Origin: Patescibacteria group bacterium
GTDB lineage: Bacteria > Patescibacteriota > Patescibacteriia > UBA1558 > GWA2-36-10
Length of the DNA stretch: 64,000 bases
Assembly (NCBI GenBank): GCA_041665505.1
Contig: JBAYIR010000002.1
Coordinates: 75,602 to 139,601 of the forward strand
Direction: 5' to 3'
The translations under genes were made by a program, and so were the position numbers. Under the pieces are notes generated by a model. That model searched no databases. It had not been told where the DNA came from and saw only the letters and a list, made by a program, of their open reading frames with translations. Below, in pieces: positions 1-12,811 of the stretch. Position 1 is the stretch's first letter, and every line of letters begins with the position of its first letter.

Positions 1-243
1 ATTATGAATATCTTTAGTATTCAAGTCTTTCAAGATTTCTTTGATTTGTTTTTTAACACCCGTAGTAGTAATAAAATAATCATAAGCCTCAGCCGTCACT
101 GCAAAACCATTAGGAATAGGCACACCTTTTTTACTGAGCTTAGAATACATCTCACCTAAAGAAGCATTTTTGCCACCCACACTAGGGACATCTTTAATAC
201 CAATTTCTTTAAACCACAAAATAAATTTTTTCTTTTTTGCCAT
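1..243 (-). CDS. ppsA: phosphoenolpyruvate synthase, N-terminal part (runs off the window edge)
   Basis: Manual translation from the ATG at 243: MAKKKKFILWFKEIGIKDVPSVGGKNASLGEMYSKLSKKGVPIPNGFAVTAEAY, containing the VGGKNASLGEM and PxGFA motifs of PEP synthase. Confidence 0.9.
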   Translation of the reverse strand, partial: MAKKKKFILWFKEIGIKDVPSVGGKNASLGEMYSKLSKKGVPIPNGFAVTAEAYDYFITTTGVKKQIKEILKDLNTKDIHN

Positions 244-333
244 AATATTATTTATATTCTAAACCTCTGCCTAGCACTAGACAAAAAATTATAGAATTAA
301 TTTTAATATTTAATTTTTATATAAAACACGAAA

Positions 334-675
334 CTAAAACTTCATCTTCTTGGCATAGCGACCCAAAAATGGCATTTCCCAAAAATTACCACTAAGAGCA
401 TTTATTATTCCTAGTATAGCCAAAAACATAACTAAAGCCCCTAAGGCCCACCCAATAATTGGTACTGGGAAAAGCCAAGACAATAGTACTTCTGCCACAA
501 ACAATAACAAGCCCTGCTTGGCATGAAACTTTGCTAACTTAGATTTTCTTCTAAAAATTAATGGTACTAGACAAAGCACCCAAATATAGCTAAGAGCGGC
601 CATGGTACCATTTTCTTCTAAATCCTTGTCTGCCTGGCTAGATTCTTGGCCGGCAGATTGTTTATCTACTTCCAT
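334..675 (-). CDS. DUF4870/Tic20-like small membrane protein
   Basis: AALSYIWVLCLVPL...FHAKQGLLLF...GIINALSG..WEMPFLG pattern; 3 hydrophobic segments. Confidence 0.7.
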   Translation of the reverse strand: MEVDKQSAGQESSQADKDLEENGTMAALSYIWVLCLVPLIFRRKSKLAKFHAKQGLLLFVAEVLLSWLFPVPIIGWALGALVMFLAILGIINALSGNFWEMPFLGRYAKKMKF

Positions 676-687
676 ATTATTTTTTGT

Positions 688-728
688 CTCGAGCTAGACC
701 AGTACTGAGTGCGGCCAAAGTGTCGAGA
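688..728. repeat. degenerate nested REP-like palindrome
   Basis: TCTCGAGCTA...GTCGAGA encloses TACTGAGTGCGGCCAAAGTG, a variant of the CTGAGCGNAGTCGAAG unit seen at 25286 and 36489. Confidence 0.4.
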
Positions 729-786
729 AATTAATTACTTATCTAACTATATTATAAAGCAAAATGCAAAAATTTGATACTCCGCT

Positions 787-2829
787 CTAATTTTTAAATT
801 TTTTCAAGAGAATTAGTAAACAAATATAAAATACTATGGCTAAAATATAAGAAGATATAAAGCCAAAAAGAATAGAAACTAAGTAGAATAAGAAAAATCC
901 CAAAGCTACCCCCAGAGAGTCAATCATATAAGCGAATGGTAAATCTTTGCTTTTTATCTTAGCTATAGCTAGTGGGAAAAATATTCCCAAGACTAAAGCT
1001 GAGGGCACTAACCAGATAATAGTAAATAACAGTTTAATAAAGATATTTGCCCCCCAAGGTATAAACTCAGACAAAAATAAAGCTATTAGCAAAATTACTG
1101 GCGTAATATTGATATATTTTTTTAATTTGGCAAAATAATAATTACCTAGTGCGTAAGCAGTAAAAAATATTAATGAAAAAATTATAAAAGTCAAAATATA
1201 ATTGCCAAAAAAAGACCTCAATTTAGTGATAAAAAACAATTCACTAATTATCATAGCTGTTCCTAACAAGAAAAAGTAAAGTTTGGAACTTTTATTGCTA
1301 GCTGGGAAAATAAGTAGAGCTAAAAAGACGACAATAAATAACAAAAGAGCATAATAAATCCAAGTAGCTATATTGTCTGCCTCTGAAATATATAAAAATG
1401 GCTGATCATCTGTTATTTTTTCCGCCACTTGGAGTTCACCTTCATAAGGACGAAATATTTGCGTATCGGCATTATAAAATTTTCTTAAATCATTAAAACG
1501 AAATATATCTTTACTGACCGTCAGTATCAAACCCTGAAATGGTACCGGTAATTCGGTATAATATTCTCTTAAATCAAGTAAATAATTATCTGGCAGAGCA
1601 TCTATAGTTTTGGCTATGGGCATTTGGCCAGCGGTATGAATCAAAATCAATGCTCCATCTGTCTTCAAGGATTTAAGAGCCAAAGATAAACCCTCTTCGG
1701 TATAAAGATAATTTTCTACTTCAATAAAATCTTTGGCTTTAGCGGCAAAAGTATAATCTGTCCCTTCATAAATAATATAATCATATTTATCCTGAGTGCT
1801 TTCCAAAAATTCTCGACCATCGGCATTTTGAATATTAAATTTATTGTAAGCATTATTGTTATATTCACTAAAACGCCCCTTCATCAAATCAACTACCACT
1901 GGATCAAGCTCAACAGCTGTGACATTATTGTCATCACTAAATTGAGAAACACCCATGCCCCCACCCGCCCCAATCAGTAAAATATCACCCTTTAACTTAG
2001 GATAAAGTCGGCTCCTTAATTCAAAATCTTTATTTCTATCCTGACAAGTCATCCATTGCTGACCGTAGTTATAAACGCCAGCCACACAATCATCAAAAGC
2101 AAAAATATCTATTTTGACATAAGGCGACCAAGCAGAATAAACCCGCTCTGTCCCTTCTGTATTTGGCCAAAGTAGCATGCTTTTATTTCTAAAATTTTCC
2201 AAAGCTAAATCTATTGGCCAAGCAAATAAAATTCCAATCAAAATTGTTAAAAATATTAAAAATATTTTCTTCTTCAAAATAAAAGCTGAAAAAATAAAAA
2301 ATATTATAAAAAATAAAGCATTGGCCCCGATAAATTTTATAAAAAAATAAGCCAACACTTGCCCCAGAGCAAAACCAATAGTGTGATAAAAAACCAAATG
2401 GGCTATTTTACTTTGGGCAGCAATAAAAAATTGATAAATCTTGGCTATCAAAATACCCATTAGTATCATCGGCAGAGAAAGCAAAACAATAATATACAAA
2501 ATAGTTACTGGCCCAGCAAAAGATAATTCTGGTAAAAATCTAAGCAAAAAAACAAACACCAACAAAACACTAAATGCTGACAGAGAGGCTATTAATTTAA
2601 TTCTATTTTGCCTAATAAACTTACTTAAATAAGCCCCTAAACCTAAGGAGAATAAAGTCAGACTAACTATTATATTGACAATTAAAGTAATAGAATAAAA
2701 AGGACTGCCAATTGATAAATGCTTAATAATAGCCACCTGATAAATGGCGTTGGCTAGTCCTAGTATAAATATAAAAAACAAATAGTTTTTAATTTGTTTT
2801 TTATCTATATTTAACTTGTCTAAATCCAT
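787..2829 (-). CDS. membrane-bound spermidine synthase-like SAM-dependent transferase
   Basis: Multi-TM N- and C-termini around ILLIGAGGG, VELDPVVV, DGREFL and YDYII motifs. Confidence 0.7.
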   Translation of the reverse strand: MDLDKLNIDKKQIKNYLFFIFILGLANAIYQVAIIKHLSIGSPFYSITLIVNIIVSLTLFSLGLGAYLSKFIRQNRIKLIASLSAFSVLLVFVFLLRFLPELSFAGPVTILYIIVLLSLPMILMGILIAKIYQFFIAAQSKIAHLVFYHTIGFALGQVLAYFFIKFIGANALFFIIFFIFSAFILKKKIFLIFLTILIGILFAWPIDLALENFRNKSMLLWPNTEGTERVYSAWSPYVKIDIFAFDDCVAGVYNYGQQWMTCQDRNKDFELRSRLYPKLKGDILLIGAGGGMGVSQFSDDNNVTAVELDPVVVDLMKGRFSEYNNNAYNKFNIQNADGREFLESTQDKYDYIIYEGTDYTFAAKAKDFIEVENYLYTEEGLSLALKSLKTDGALILIHTAGQMPIAKTIDALPDNYLLDLREYYTELPVPFQGLILTVSKDIFRFNDLRKFYNADTQIFRPYEGELQVAEKITDDQPFLYISEADNIATWIYYALLLFIVVFLALLIFPASNKSSKLYFFLLGTAMIISELFFITKLRSFFGNYILTFIIFSLIFFTAYALGNYYFAKLKKYINITPVILLIALFLSEFIPWGANIFIKLLFTIIWLVPSALVLGIFFPLAIAKIKSKDLPFAYMIDSLGVALGFFLFYLVSILFGFISSYILAIVFYICLLILLKKFKN

Positions 2830-2835
2830 GATTTT

Positions 2836-3366
2836 CTACTGAGTTTTATTTTTGGTCAACCTAATAAACAATATCCCCAAAAGACTAATCAAAAGTACCA
2901 CCCAAATTGGCTCTACCAAAAAATTAAGCCAAGCCCAAGCTGAGCGCACATAGATAATCTTTATTACTCCCAAAATAATTACTGCTGAAACAAAAGATAA
3001 TATTGTGGTAATAAACATCTTGTCAGTAGGCAAAAGCCACTTGAGGCGAGCTAAAACCAACCAGACTACTATTAGTACCAAACGCCAGAGCCAAGTAGAG
3101 AAAAAAATAAATTGTTCTGACCAATACATCTTTAGCCCAATTTGTCTAAGTAGTAATTCAGTCACCACAATAAAAACTAATAGCACAACAGATATTATAG
3201 TCCAAGAAAAATTAGCTTGCGCCTTTGGTTTAAGCTTAGCTATTTCCTGACGCAACTCAGCTTCTATCTCGTGTGAGCCAAAGTCAGCTACCCATATTTC
3301 ACTGGATTCCTGAAACTCCAAAGAGCTATCTTGTTCTACTTTATGTTTGGATTTTTTAAAAATCAT
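2836..3366 (-). CDS. hypothetical membrane protein (4 TM)
   Basis: ORF track 2836..3420; start moved to MIFKK because the upstream codons overlap a terminator and a -10-like TATAAT. Confidence 0.55.
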   Translation of the reverse strand: MIFKKSKHKVEQDSSLEFQESSEIWVADFGSHEIEAELRQEIAKLKPKAQANFSWTIISVVLLVFIVVTELLLRQIGLKMYWSEQFIFFSTWLWRLVLIVVWLVLARLKWLLPTDKMFITTILSFVSAVIILGVIKIIYVRSAWAWLNFLVEPIWVVLLISLLGILFIRLTKNKTQ

Positions 3367-3412
3367 AAGCTTTATATTAATGCCTCTATTATAGCAAAAT
3401 TCTAAGTATTTT

Positions 3413-3446
3413 AAAAACACCCCGGAATTACCCGGAGTGTTTTTTT
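3413..3446 (-). terminator. intrinsic terminator
   Basis: AAAAACACCCCGG..CCGGAGTGTTTTT hairpin after the surface protein gene. Confidence 0.65.
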
Positions 3447-3453
3447 ATCTATT

Positions 3454-5391
3454 TTAGGGACGACAGACGAAATCACTGGCACACCAAGTGTTACTCTGAT
3501 AGTTACTAGAGTAAAGAGAGGCATCACTTAAGTCATGCACACCATCATCATTTCCGTCAAAAGTATCGACACACTCAGCAAATAAAGCTACATCTGATAA
3601 ATTTCTTAGCCCGTCGCCGTTATGGTCACAAATAGCTAGAGTACTTGTAGATGTCTGTTGAGTATTTTGGGCTTCTTCTGGCTCACACATAAAGCTATTA
3701 GTACACCAAGTGTTACTTTGATTATTAGCACCGTAAAGACTCAAGTCACTCAAATCATGCACGCCGTCGCCGTTGGCATCAAAAGTGCCAGCACACTCAG
3801 AAAATAAAGACACGTCTGTTAAATTTCTAACGCCGTCGCCGTTATGGTCACAGACTGCTAATAAAACTGGATCTGCTCCAGCGGCTAGCACAGTGACGTA
3901 CTCTGAATAAATATTATTTGTGTTATCTGATTCTTCCAGCTCACCATTGGCATTTACTTCCATTTCCAACCTTTTTTCACCTACTGATGTAAAATGACCT
4001 GTCCAAGTGATATAAGTAGTTTCACCTGGTCTGAGTGGATTGGTCTCTGAGGTGGTTGGTATACGACCTGGTAAAGGAGTAGTGGCAAAATCTTGAAAAT
4101 GTCTGGCACCACTTAAAATACCTTTGGTGTCAGTCAAAGTAACCTGACCGCTATTTTTAACATGAACTTTGATAGTCACTGTAGCATCTTTAGCTGGGTT
4201 ACTTGGTTCTAGTGAAATATCACTAACCATAATATCTGGTAGTAATGGATCATTAGTTCCTCGACATATTTTCATACGATAATTATGATCTTCAAAATAG
4301 GACCAAACTCTTCTGTTGCTTAATTTCCAATCAACATCATCTACTCCTGGTGTATACCATGGTGACCAATAGCCAGAAAACCATTGAATTTGGTATTTAT
4401 AAATTTCTGGATGAGCACTAGTATCTAAACCCAAATCTTGCCAATATTTTGTTCTCAGTGCTACTTTGTCTACTATCCGTGGATTAGAACAAGATGGGAT
4501 ATTATTATCACTATCATCATCTTCTTCGTCGCTAGGACAAGCCCCTTTGACATCGCCATGAGCTAAATGAGCAGCTAGAGCTCTACTAGAAACCTTGATA
4601 GTCTCACCATCTTCTTGATTAGCGACAGTAGGTTTATGACAAATAATCACTTTACTATCATCAGCACCAGGATCAAAAATAGCTATATCTTCTTCTTCAT
4701 TGACTACATCATCGCCGTCATTATAGATAGCCGGCATTTTTTTTACTTTTAAAGCATTTTTTCTATACAAACCATTAGGCCCAAAAGCTTCAATACTTAC
4801 TTTTCTCTTCTGACCATTTTCTATTATATAATAATCATCACTACCTTCTACTTGTACTAAGCTTTCTTCAGGTAAATTATTTTCTGATAATTCTTGCTCA
4901 TCAATTTTGTAGCTAACAGCAAAAACTCCTGGATCAATATCTAACACAATTTTATACCACTCGTCGCCATAGAATTTACGAGCCGTGGCTTCATTGGGAA
5001 TATAAAATACTTCACCATCTTTACCGACAGCGTAAACTTTGGCGGTATTACGATGAGTAATTAATTTGGTGCCTGGTTGAAATGTGACCGAACCACCGTC
5101 ACTATAATTATCTAGCACCTCCAGACTAACTGGCACCACTTTAGAAAAATCGTCATGCCAAGTATTAAAAGTTTTTTGATCTGGAAAAACATATTTTTTG
5201 CCGTCACTACCAATCTGATAGACAGCCGCTCCTTTAGCTCCTGCTTTAAGCAAGGTACCTACTTCGTAATTTGACTGTGAAGAAATAAGCTCTGGTTCTG
5301 GAGCTGCTCCCACATTATTAGAAGTAAAGCCTATTGTCAAAAACAAAACAGCTAAAGACAATAGCTTAATTAAATTCCTTTTCATTTTCAT
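3454..5391 (-). CDS. secreted mosaic surface protein with CARDB-like domain and two dockerin/EF-hand-like Ca-binding modules
   Basis: Signal peptide; PDIMVSDI..VKNSG..VNANGELEESDNTNN (CARDB-like); duplicated CDHNGDG.RNL.DV..F..C..TFD.N.DGVHDLSD module. Confidence 0.7.
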   Translation of the reverse strand: MKMKRNLIKLLSLAVLFLTIGFTSNNVGAAPEPELISSQSNYEVGTLLKAGAKGAAVYQIGSDGKKYVFPDQKTFNTWHDDFSKVVPVSLEVLDNYSDGGSVTFQPGTKLITHRNTAKVYAVGKDGEVFYIPNEATARKFYGDEWYKIVLDIDPGVFAVSYKIDEQELSENNLPEESLVQVEGSDDYYIIENGQKRKVSIEAFGPNGLYRKNALKVKKMPAIYNDGDDVVNEEEDIAIFDPGADDSKVIICHKPTVANQEDGETIKVSSRALAAHLAHGDVKGACPSDEEDDDSDNNIPSCSNPRIVDKVALRTKYWQDLGLDTSAHPEIYKYQIQWFSGYWSPWYTPGVDDVDWKLSNRRVWSYFEDHNYRMKICRGTNDPLLPDIMVSDISLEPSNPAKDATVTIKVHVKNSGQVTLTDTKGILSGARHFQDFATTPLPGRIPTTSETNPLRPGETTYITWTGHFTSVGEKRLEMEVNANGELEESDNTNNIYSEYVTVLAAGADPVLLAVCDHNGDGVRNLTDVSLFSECAGTFDANGDGVHDLSDLSLYGANNQSNTWCTNSFMCEPEEAQNTQQTSTSTLAICDHNGDGLRNLSDVALFAECVDTFDGNDDGVHDLSDASLYSSNYQSNTWCASDFVCRP

Positions 5392-5442
5392 AATGTTTTA
5401 ATTAATTATTTACTATCAATAGTATAGCATTTTTAACTTATT

Positions 5443-5471
5443 AAAAAAACCCCAATAAAATTTGGGGTTTT
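5443..5471 (-). terminator. groESL terminator
   Basis: AAAACCCCAA..TTGGGGTTTT hairpin with a T-run on the minus strand. Confidence 0.7.
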
Positions 5472-5482
5472 AATAAGTATTT

Positions 5483-7129
<1,647 letters not shown>

Positions 7130-7144
7130 TTAAAAATTTAAAAT

Positions 7145-7420
7145 TTATTCTACAATTGCCAATAAGTCATCGTGATTTAATATTTTATACTCCTGGCCAT
7201 CTATTTTTATTTCTGAGCCACCATACTCAGAAAAAACTACTTTTTGTCCAATAATTAATCCTAGTTTGGACACTTTTTCACCACTACCAATGGCCAAAAT
7301 TTTACCTTCCATCCGTGATTCTTTACTAACTGAATCTGGTAAAATAATACCGGCTTTAGTGGTTTCTGCTTTAGGTAGAGCTTGCACAATTACTCTATCT
7401 CCTAATGGTTTTAAGTTCAT
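7145..7420 (-). CDS. groS: co-chaperonin GroES
   Basis: LKPLGDRV..TKAGIILPD; adjacent to groL. Confidence 0.98.
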   Translation of the reverse strand: MNLKPLGDRVIVQALPKAETTKAGIILPDSVSKESRMEGKILAIGSGEKVSKLGLIIGQKVVFSEYGGSEIKIDGQEYKILNHDDLLAIVE

Positions 7421-7441
7421 ATTTTTTATTAAAAATTAATA

Positions 7442-7468
7442 TTAGCACTCATTACTTATGAGTGCTAA
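7442..7468. promoter_or_regulatory. CIRCE element (HrcA operator)
   Basis: TTAGCACTC-attacttat-GAGTGCTAA, an exact match to TTAGCACTC-N9-GAGTGCTAA, upstream of groES. Confidence 0.97.
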
Positions 7469-7469
7469 T

Positions 7470-7498
7470 ATCTTACAAAAATTTGTAACTACTGTCAA
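7470..7498 (-). promoter_or_regulatory. sigma70 promoter of groESL
   Basis: TTGACA-17 nt-TAAGAT immediately upstream of the CIRCE. Confidence 0.8.
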
Positions 7499-7536
7499 TC
7501 CCGCCCTTAGAGAGGGTTTATATCAATAATCCTCTT

Positions 7537-8853
7537 TTAATTATGATGTTTATACATATTGACTAAGCCCACCGACATCAGTATCCAGCCAGTCCAAGAA
7601 GTCCAGAGATAATGATCAAATAAACCAATAATCACTAAGCCCAGCATCAAACTAGTGGACATAGTATCAATCTTATCGGCTGATTTTAAAATCCTTCTCA
7701 CCACATTAAAGACAAAAAAGGCTCCAATCAAACCAATCTCCGCTAGTAATAATATAAAGATGTCATGAATAGGCTGGACATTGTAGACTGGCTGATTAGG
7801 ATATTTATCAAAAGTAGCTAAAGTATTCATGCCTAAACCCTGACCAAAAAATATATTTTTATAATTATTCCAACCCAGCTGGCCCATAGTATCTACCCTT
7901 TCGCTAATAGATTTTTCTTCCAGTCGACCATTCATCTGAACACGAGCTGACCAAGCACCCGGAAACCAAGTATTAAAAGACCAAAAAACCAATATAAATA
8001 TCACCAAATATTTAGTGATAATAGTGACTGTCAGCCAATTTCTCTTGAATAAATTTATCAAAGCCACCGAGAATAAACTGAGTAGTAGAGCCAAAAGAGC
8101 GCTACGAGAAAAACTAGCTAAAAGACCATAAGTGCTAATTATTATTGCCAAAACTACAAAGATTAAATTCCAGAAATCTGGCTTTCTAAAAAATTTATTC
8201 CAAACATGTACTTGGTTCTTTTTATAAACATCAATCCAAAAATAAATACCAAAAAATATTACTACAAACAGAAAGCCGCCCAAAATATTAGGGTGAGGCA
8301 ATGAACCATAAGCCCGTAGTACTCTTTCATCGGCAATTTCTACTACTGAAGTACCCAGAGTAGATGGCAAATGCTCTGACATACCCAACCACTTGTTGGC
8401 TATCACTTTTTGAGTAAATAATTGATAAAGTGACAATGTGCCTTGAATCAAACCACTAAACAAAAAAGCTCGATAAACAAATACCTTAGGTAAAAACTTT
8501 ATCAAATAAGCAAAAAGAGCCGCACTATAAATCAAAAATAAATAGTAAAAAGAAACTAGTGGAGCTGGCGAACGGAAACTAAGGATTATAGAATAAATAA
8601 ATAAAATATAAAAAAACTTGGAACGAGAAAAACGGAGTTCTTTTTTATGAGAAGCAGCAAAAAATAAACCGGAGATAAATAAAACTATCGAGCTAGCATA
8701 AAGGCTCAGTCTACCATACTCCCAAAGCTCAATACCTAAGAGCCAATCATGGAAAAGCCATCTAGTTTGCCAAGGAATAAGCAAAACAAATAAAGCCAAA
8801 AAAAAGTAAAATAGCTGTCTGTAACTTTTTTCTTTTTTAAATTTTTCGAACAT
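7537..8853 (-). CDS. O-antigen ligase family membrane protein
   Basis: RAYGSLPHPNILGG, SFSRSA, GQGLG and PIHDIFILLLAEIGLIG motifs; many TM segments. Confidence 0.85.
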   Translation of the reverse strand: MFEKFKKEKSYRQLFYFFLALFVLLIPWQTRWLFHDWLLGIELWEYGRLSLYASSIVLFISGLFFAASHKKELRFSRSKFFYILFIYSIILSFRSPAPLVSFYYLFLIYSAALFAYLIKFLPKVFVYRAFLFSGLIQGTLSLYQLFTQKVIANKWLGMSEHLPSTLGTSVVEIADERVLRAYGSLPHPNILGGFLFVVIFFGIYFWIDVYKKNQVHVWNKFFRKPDFWNLIFVVLAIIISTYGLLASFSRSALLALLLSLFSVALINLFKRNWLTVTIITKYLVIFILVFWSFNTWFPGAWSARVQMNGRLEEKSISERVDTMGQLGWNNYKNIFFGQGLGMNTLATFDKYPNQPVYNVQPIHDIFILLLAEIGLIGAFFVFNVVRRILKSADKIDTMSTSLMLGLVIIGLFDHYLWTSWTGWILMSVGLVNMYKHHN

Positions 8854-8896
8854 AATATTATAATTTACCCTGTTAATATATTTAAAAAACTAAATT

Positions 8897-9847
8897 TTAA
8901 ATTTCTAATTTTTTTGTTAATTTATATACTTGCTCTTTCCATTTTTTGGTAAATAATTCCCGATTGTCATTGGAATAAAATTTGAGCATCCGCTCAGTAA
9001 CTATAACCCGAGTATCAATATTTATCAAAGCCTTGAGATTTTTATCAATAATCTTTATTTGTAAACCACGATAAAAATTATAAGACCAACGCCTGATAAT
9101 TGGTGGATTAAAAATAAAAGCTATTATTATATTTACAAATTTTGAGGCTCTAGTGGCTTTGACTTCTTGAGAAAATTGATTGGGATAAGTATTGGGTAAA
9201 TAATTTTTACACCAAAGATTGGCTTCCAAAAATTTTTCGTACAAAGCATCTGGATTATAAACTGGCATCAAAGTACTAATCCAATATGGATAATAAATAT
9301 CATCACTACCCATCCGACTATGCTCAATATTTAAATGATCTTCATCGACAAAAAAACTAAGACAAAAAGTATCTCCCTTATTACCCTCTTTTGGTCGCCT
9401 ACCCAAAAGTTTCACAATAAAGATAGTAAAAAACCTAGCTAGCCAAATAGTATTGCGCCGAGAAATAATAAACAAATCTATATCACTTTTCTCACTAGCA
9501 TTACTATAAGCCAAAGAATTACAAATCGCCACCAGCCTGACAAAAGGCACAAAACGATAAACCTTGGCCAAATAAACTACTTTACGAAATTTTCGTTCCG
9601 CTAGATTATTGTTTTGTTTACGCCTCAGATAGATATGATCTCTGCCTTTAATATAATAAAAACCCTCCTTAGTAGCTAGTTCTTTTTTTAAAATAAGGCT
9701 AGTCTTCAAAATATCTCTGACATCAGACAAAAGATATTTTTGCTGAGGCTTGTATAGCCACTTCAAAATCTCACTAGCTGTTAAAGGATAAGAAAAAATA
9801 TCAAAAAAAGCTATGGTTTTGAGAATTGATTTTTCTAAATCATTCAT
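8897..9847 (-). CDS. nucleotidyltransferase-fold protein with N-terminal helical domain
   Basis: SLAYSNASEKSDIDLFII (Pol-beta NTase-like motif); start placed at MNDLEK. Confidence 0.6.
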   Translation of the reverse strand: MNDLEKSILKTIAFFDIFSYPLTASEILKWLYKPQQKYLLSDVRDILKTSLILKKELATKEGFYYIKGRDHIYLRRKQNNNLAERKFRKVVYLAKVYRFVPFVRLVAICNSLAYSNASEKSDIDLFIISRRNTIWLARFFTIFIVKLLGRRPKEGNKGDTFCLSFFVDEDHLNIEHSRMGSDDIYYPYWISTLMPVYNPDALYEKFLEANLWCKNYLPNTYPNQFSQEVKATRASKFVNIIIAFIFNPPIIRRWSYNFYRGLQIKIIDKNLKALINIDTRVIVTERMLKFYSNDNRELFTKKWKEQVYKLTKKLEI

Positions 9848-9888
9848 ATCTATATAATACCTCAAAAATATTGTTTTTTACAAGAAAC

Positions 9889-9918
9889 AAAATTCCCCCA
9901 AATTAGGGGGAATTGTTT
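9889..9918 (-). terminator. uvrA terminator
   Basis: AATTCCCCC..GGGGGAATT hairpin. Confidence 0.65.
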
Positions 9919-9919
9919 A

Positions 9920-12766
9920 TTATTTATTAATCATTTTGGCTAAATAATTACCAGTGTGAGATTCTTTGACTTTGGCTACCTGAGTTGGTGTGCCTTGAGC
10001 CACTATTTGGCCACCCTTATCTCCTCCTTCTGGTCCCAAATCTATTACCCAGTCAGAACTTTTAATGACATCCAAATTATGTTCAATCACTAGTACAGTA
10101 TTGCCTTTATCTACCAAGCGGTGTAAGACTTCCAACAATCTTTTGACATCATCAAAATGTAAGCCCGTAGTAGGCTCATCCAAAATGTATAAAGTTCGAC
10201 CAGAAGAACGACGGGATAATTCAGTAGCTAGTTTGATACGCTGAGCTTCACCGCCAGACAAAGTAGTAGCTGGTTGTCCAAGTTTTATATAACCTAAACC
10301 CACATCCACTAAAGTTTTTAGTTTATTATGTATATTTGGTACATCATCAAAAAAATTCATAGCCTCATCAGCGGTCATTTGTAAAACTTCTGAAATATCT
10401 TTGGCTTTATAATGTATTTCTAAAGCATCATCATTATATCTTTTGCCGTGGCATTCCTTACATTCTACATAGACATTTGGTAAAAAATTCATTTCTATTT
10501 TGATAGAACCATCGCCCTGACAATTCTCACAACGACCACCTTTAACATTAAAAGAAAATCTACCGGCTTTGTAGCCTCTAATTTGAGCTTCGGATAATTC
10601 CGCAAACAAATCTCTAATATAAGTAAAGGCTCCAGTATAAGTAGCGGGATTGGAGCGAGGGGTGCGACCAATTGGTGATTGATCAATATCAATTACTTTA
10701 TCTATATTTTCCAAGCCTTTGATTTCTCGATGCTCACCAGGATTATCTTTGGAGCGATAAAAATGTCTAGTCAAAGCTTTGGCTAAAATCTCCGTCATTA
10801 GAGTTGATTTACCAGAACCAGATACACCAGTCACGGATATAAATTTACCTAGTGGAAACTCCACATCTATGTCTTTGAGATTAAAAGCTTTGGCCCCCAA
10901 AATAGCTAAAAATTTGCCATTGCCTTTTCTATATTTTTTAGGCAAAGGAATAAATTTTTTGCCAGCTAAATACTGACCAGTCAGAGACTTTGGATTTTTT
11001 TTAATACTTTCTGGCGTGCCACAAGCAACTATCTCACCACCATGCTTACCAGCCCCTGGCCCAATGTCTATCAAATAATCCGCCTCCAGCATTGTTTCTT
11101 CGTCATGTTCAACGACAATGACTGAGTTACCCAAATCTCTCAAATCTTTAAGCGTCTTAATCAGCTTGGCATTATCTATTTGATGCAAACCAATAGATGG
11201 CTCATCCAAAATATAAAGCACTCCCGTCAGTGAAGAGCCAATCTGTGTAGCCAGACGAATACGTTGAGCTTCACCACCAGACAAAGTAGAAGCTGTTCTA
11301 TCTAAAGTCAGATAACTTAGTCCGACATTTTCCAAAAATACCAAACGCTCTCTGATTTCTTTGATTATTTGTTTGGCAATAATATTTTCATTTTCTGATA
11401 ATTCTTTTGACAAATCTCTGAATTCTCTTTGTAAATCATTGATATTTTGGCGAGAGATATCTGAGATGCTCTGGCCAGCTATTTTGATATTTAAAACTTC
11501 TGGTTTTAATCTTTTACCCTGACAATCTTCGCAGATTTCTATCCGCATATATCTTTCAATCTCACTACGGATATACTCAGAGTCAGTCTCTCGATATCTT
11601 CTTTCTAAGTTTGGTATGACTCCTTCAAAAGTATCGTTATTGTGATTATTAAACTTGGAATTATCAAGCTCTAATTTATAAGTTTCATCTCCGGTGCCTT
11701 GAAAAATAATATCTAGCTGCTTTCTGCTCAATTTATTGACGGGGACTCTAGTAGAAAAATTGTGTTTTTTGGCGACCGCCTCAATAATAGCTGTGTACCA
11801 ATTCTGATTGGCTGCGGTCCTAGACCAAGGACGGATAGCCCCCTCTGCCAAAGATAATTTTTTATTTGGTATCACCAAATCTTGATCGACGGTTAGTTTG
11901 GTACCTAAGCCCGTACAACTAGGACAAGCGCCGTGGGGACTATTGAAAGAAAAATTTCTAGACTCAATAGTCAAAAAAACTACCTCCGGATGTTCAAAAC
12001 AACTAAAGTGTTCGGAAAAAAATAAATCTTTTTTTTCTCTGGGCAAATGCACGGTCAAAAAACCATTACCTAAATCTAAAGCAATGTCTACTACCTGATT
12101 CAACCTGTCTTTAGTTTTTTTAGTACCATCCCGTCTAAGGTGATCAATAGCTACCTCAATATCATGCCTCTTATGTTTATCCAGTTCGATATTTAAAACA
12201 TCTTTAAGATTATAAAATTCTCCATCAATTCTAACTTTTTTATAGCCAGAAAGTTTTATCCTAGCGATAGCTTGTTGATGATCGCCTTTTTTATTTTTAA
12301 CAATTGGTGCCAGCACTATAAATTCTGCTTCTTTTGGTAATTGCCAAATTTTATTAGAAATTTCTTTTTGTGTTTGTTTGATCAAAGCTTTAGCACATTT
12401 GTGACAATGCGGCGTGCCGACTTTGGCAAACAAAAGTCTGAGATAATCATATATCTCTGTCACTGTCCCGACAGTGGAGCGAGGATTTCTAGAAGAAGAT
12501 CTCTGATCAATAGAAATAGCTGGTGACAAACCATCAATCTGTTCAACATCTGGCTTATCCATAATATCTAGAAACTGCCGAGCATAGGAAGACAATGATT
12601 CCACGTAACGACGTTGACCTTCGGCATAAATAGTATCAAATGCTAAAGAGGACTTTCCTGATCCAGAAAGTCCCGTAATAACCACAAATTTATTGCGTGG
12701 TATTTTTACATCTATATTTTTGAGGTTGTGCACTTTAGCACCTTTGATTGTAATAAATTGTGGCAT
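9920..12766 (-). CDS. uvrA: excinuclease ABC subunit A
   Basis: Two GxSGSGKS Walker A motifs, LSGGEAQRI twice, zinc fingers. Confidence 0.99.
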   Translation of the reverse strand: MPQFITIKGAKVHNLKNIDVKIPRNKFVVITGLSGSGKSSLAFDTIYAEGQRRYVESLSSYARQFLDIMDKPDVEQIDGLSPAISIDQRSSSRNPRSTVGTVTEIYDYLRLLFAKVGTPHCHKCAKALIKQTQKEISNKIWQLPKEAEFIVLAPIVKNKKGDHQQAIARIKLSGYKKVRIDGEFYNLKDVLNIELDKHKRHDIEVAIDHLRRDGTKKTKDRLNQVVDIALDLGNGFLTVHLPREKKDLFFSEHFSCFEHPEVVFLTIESRNFSFNSPHGACPSCTGLGTKLTVDQDLVIPNKKLSLAEGAIRPWSRTAANQNWYTAIIEAVAKKHNFSTRVPVNKLSRKQLDIIFQGTGDETYKLELDNSKFNNHNNDTFEGVIPNLERRYRETDSEYIRSEIERYMRIEICEDCQGKRLKPEVLNIKIAGQSISDISRQNINDLQREFRDLSKELSENENIIAKQIIKEIRERLVFLENVGLSYLTLDRTASTLSGGEAQRIRLATQIGSSLTGVLYILDEPSIGLHQIDNAKLIKTLKDLRDLGNSVIVVEHDEETMLEADYLIDIGPGAGKHGGEIVACGTPESIKKNPKSLTGQYLAGKKFIPLPKKYRKGNGKFLAILGAKAFNLKDIDVEFPLGKFISVTGVSGSGKSTLMTEILAKALTRHFYRSKDNPGEHREIKGLENIDKVIDIDQSPIGRTPRSNPATYTGAFTYIRDLFAELSEAQIRGYKAGRFSFNVKGGRCENCQGDGSIKIEMNFLPNVYVECKECHGKRYNDDALEIHYKAKDISEVLQMTADEAMNFFDDVPNIHNKLKTLVDVGLGYIKLGQPATTLSGGEAQRIKLATELSRRSSGRTLYILDEPTTGLHFDDVKRLLEVLHRLVDKGNTVLVIEHNLDVIKSSDWVIDLGPEGGDKGGQIVAQGTPTQVAKVKESHTGNYLAKMINK

Positions 12767-12811
12767 AAAATAAAAAAATTTATGGACCTACGAATAAATC
12801 CGTACTTATTA

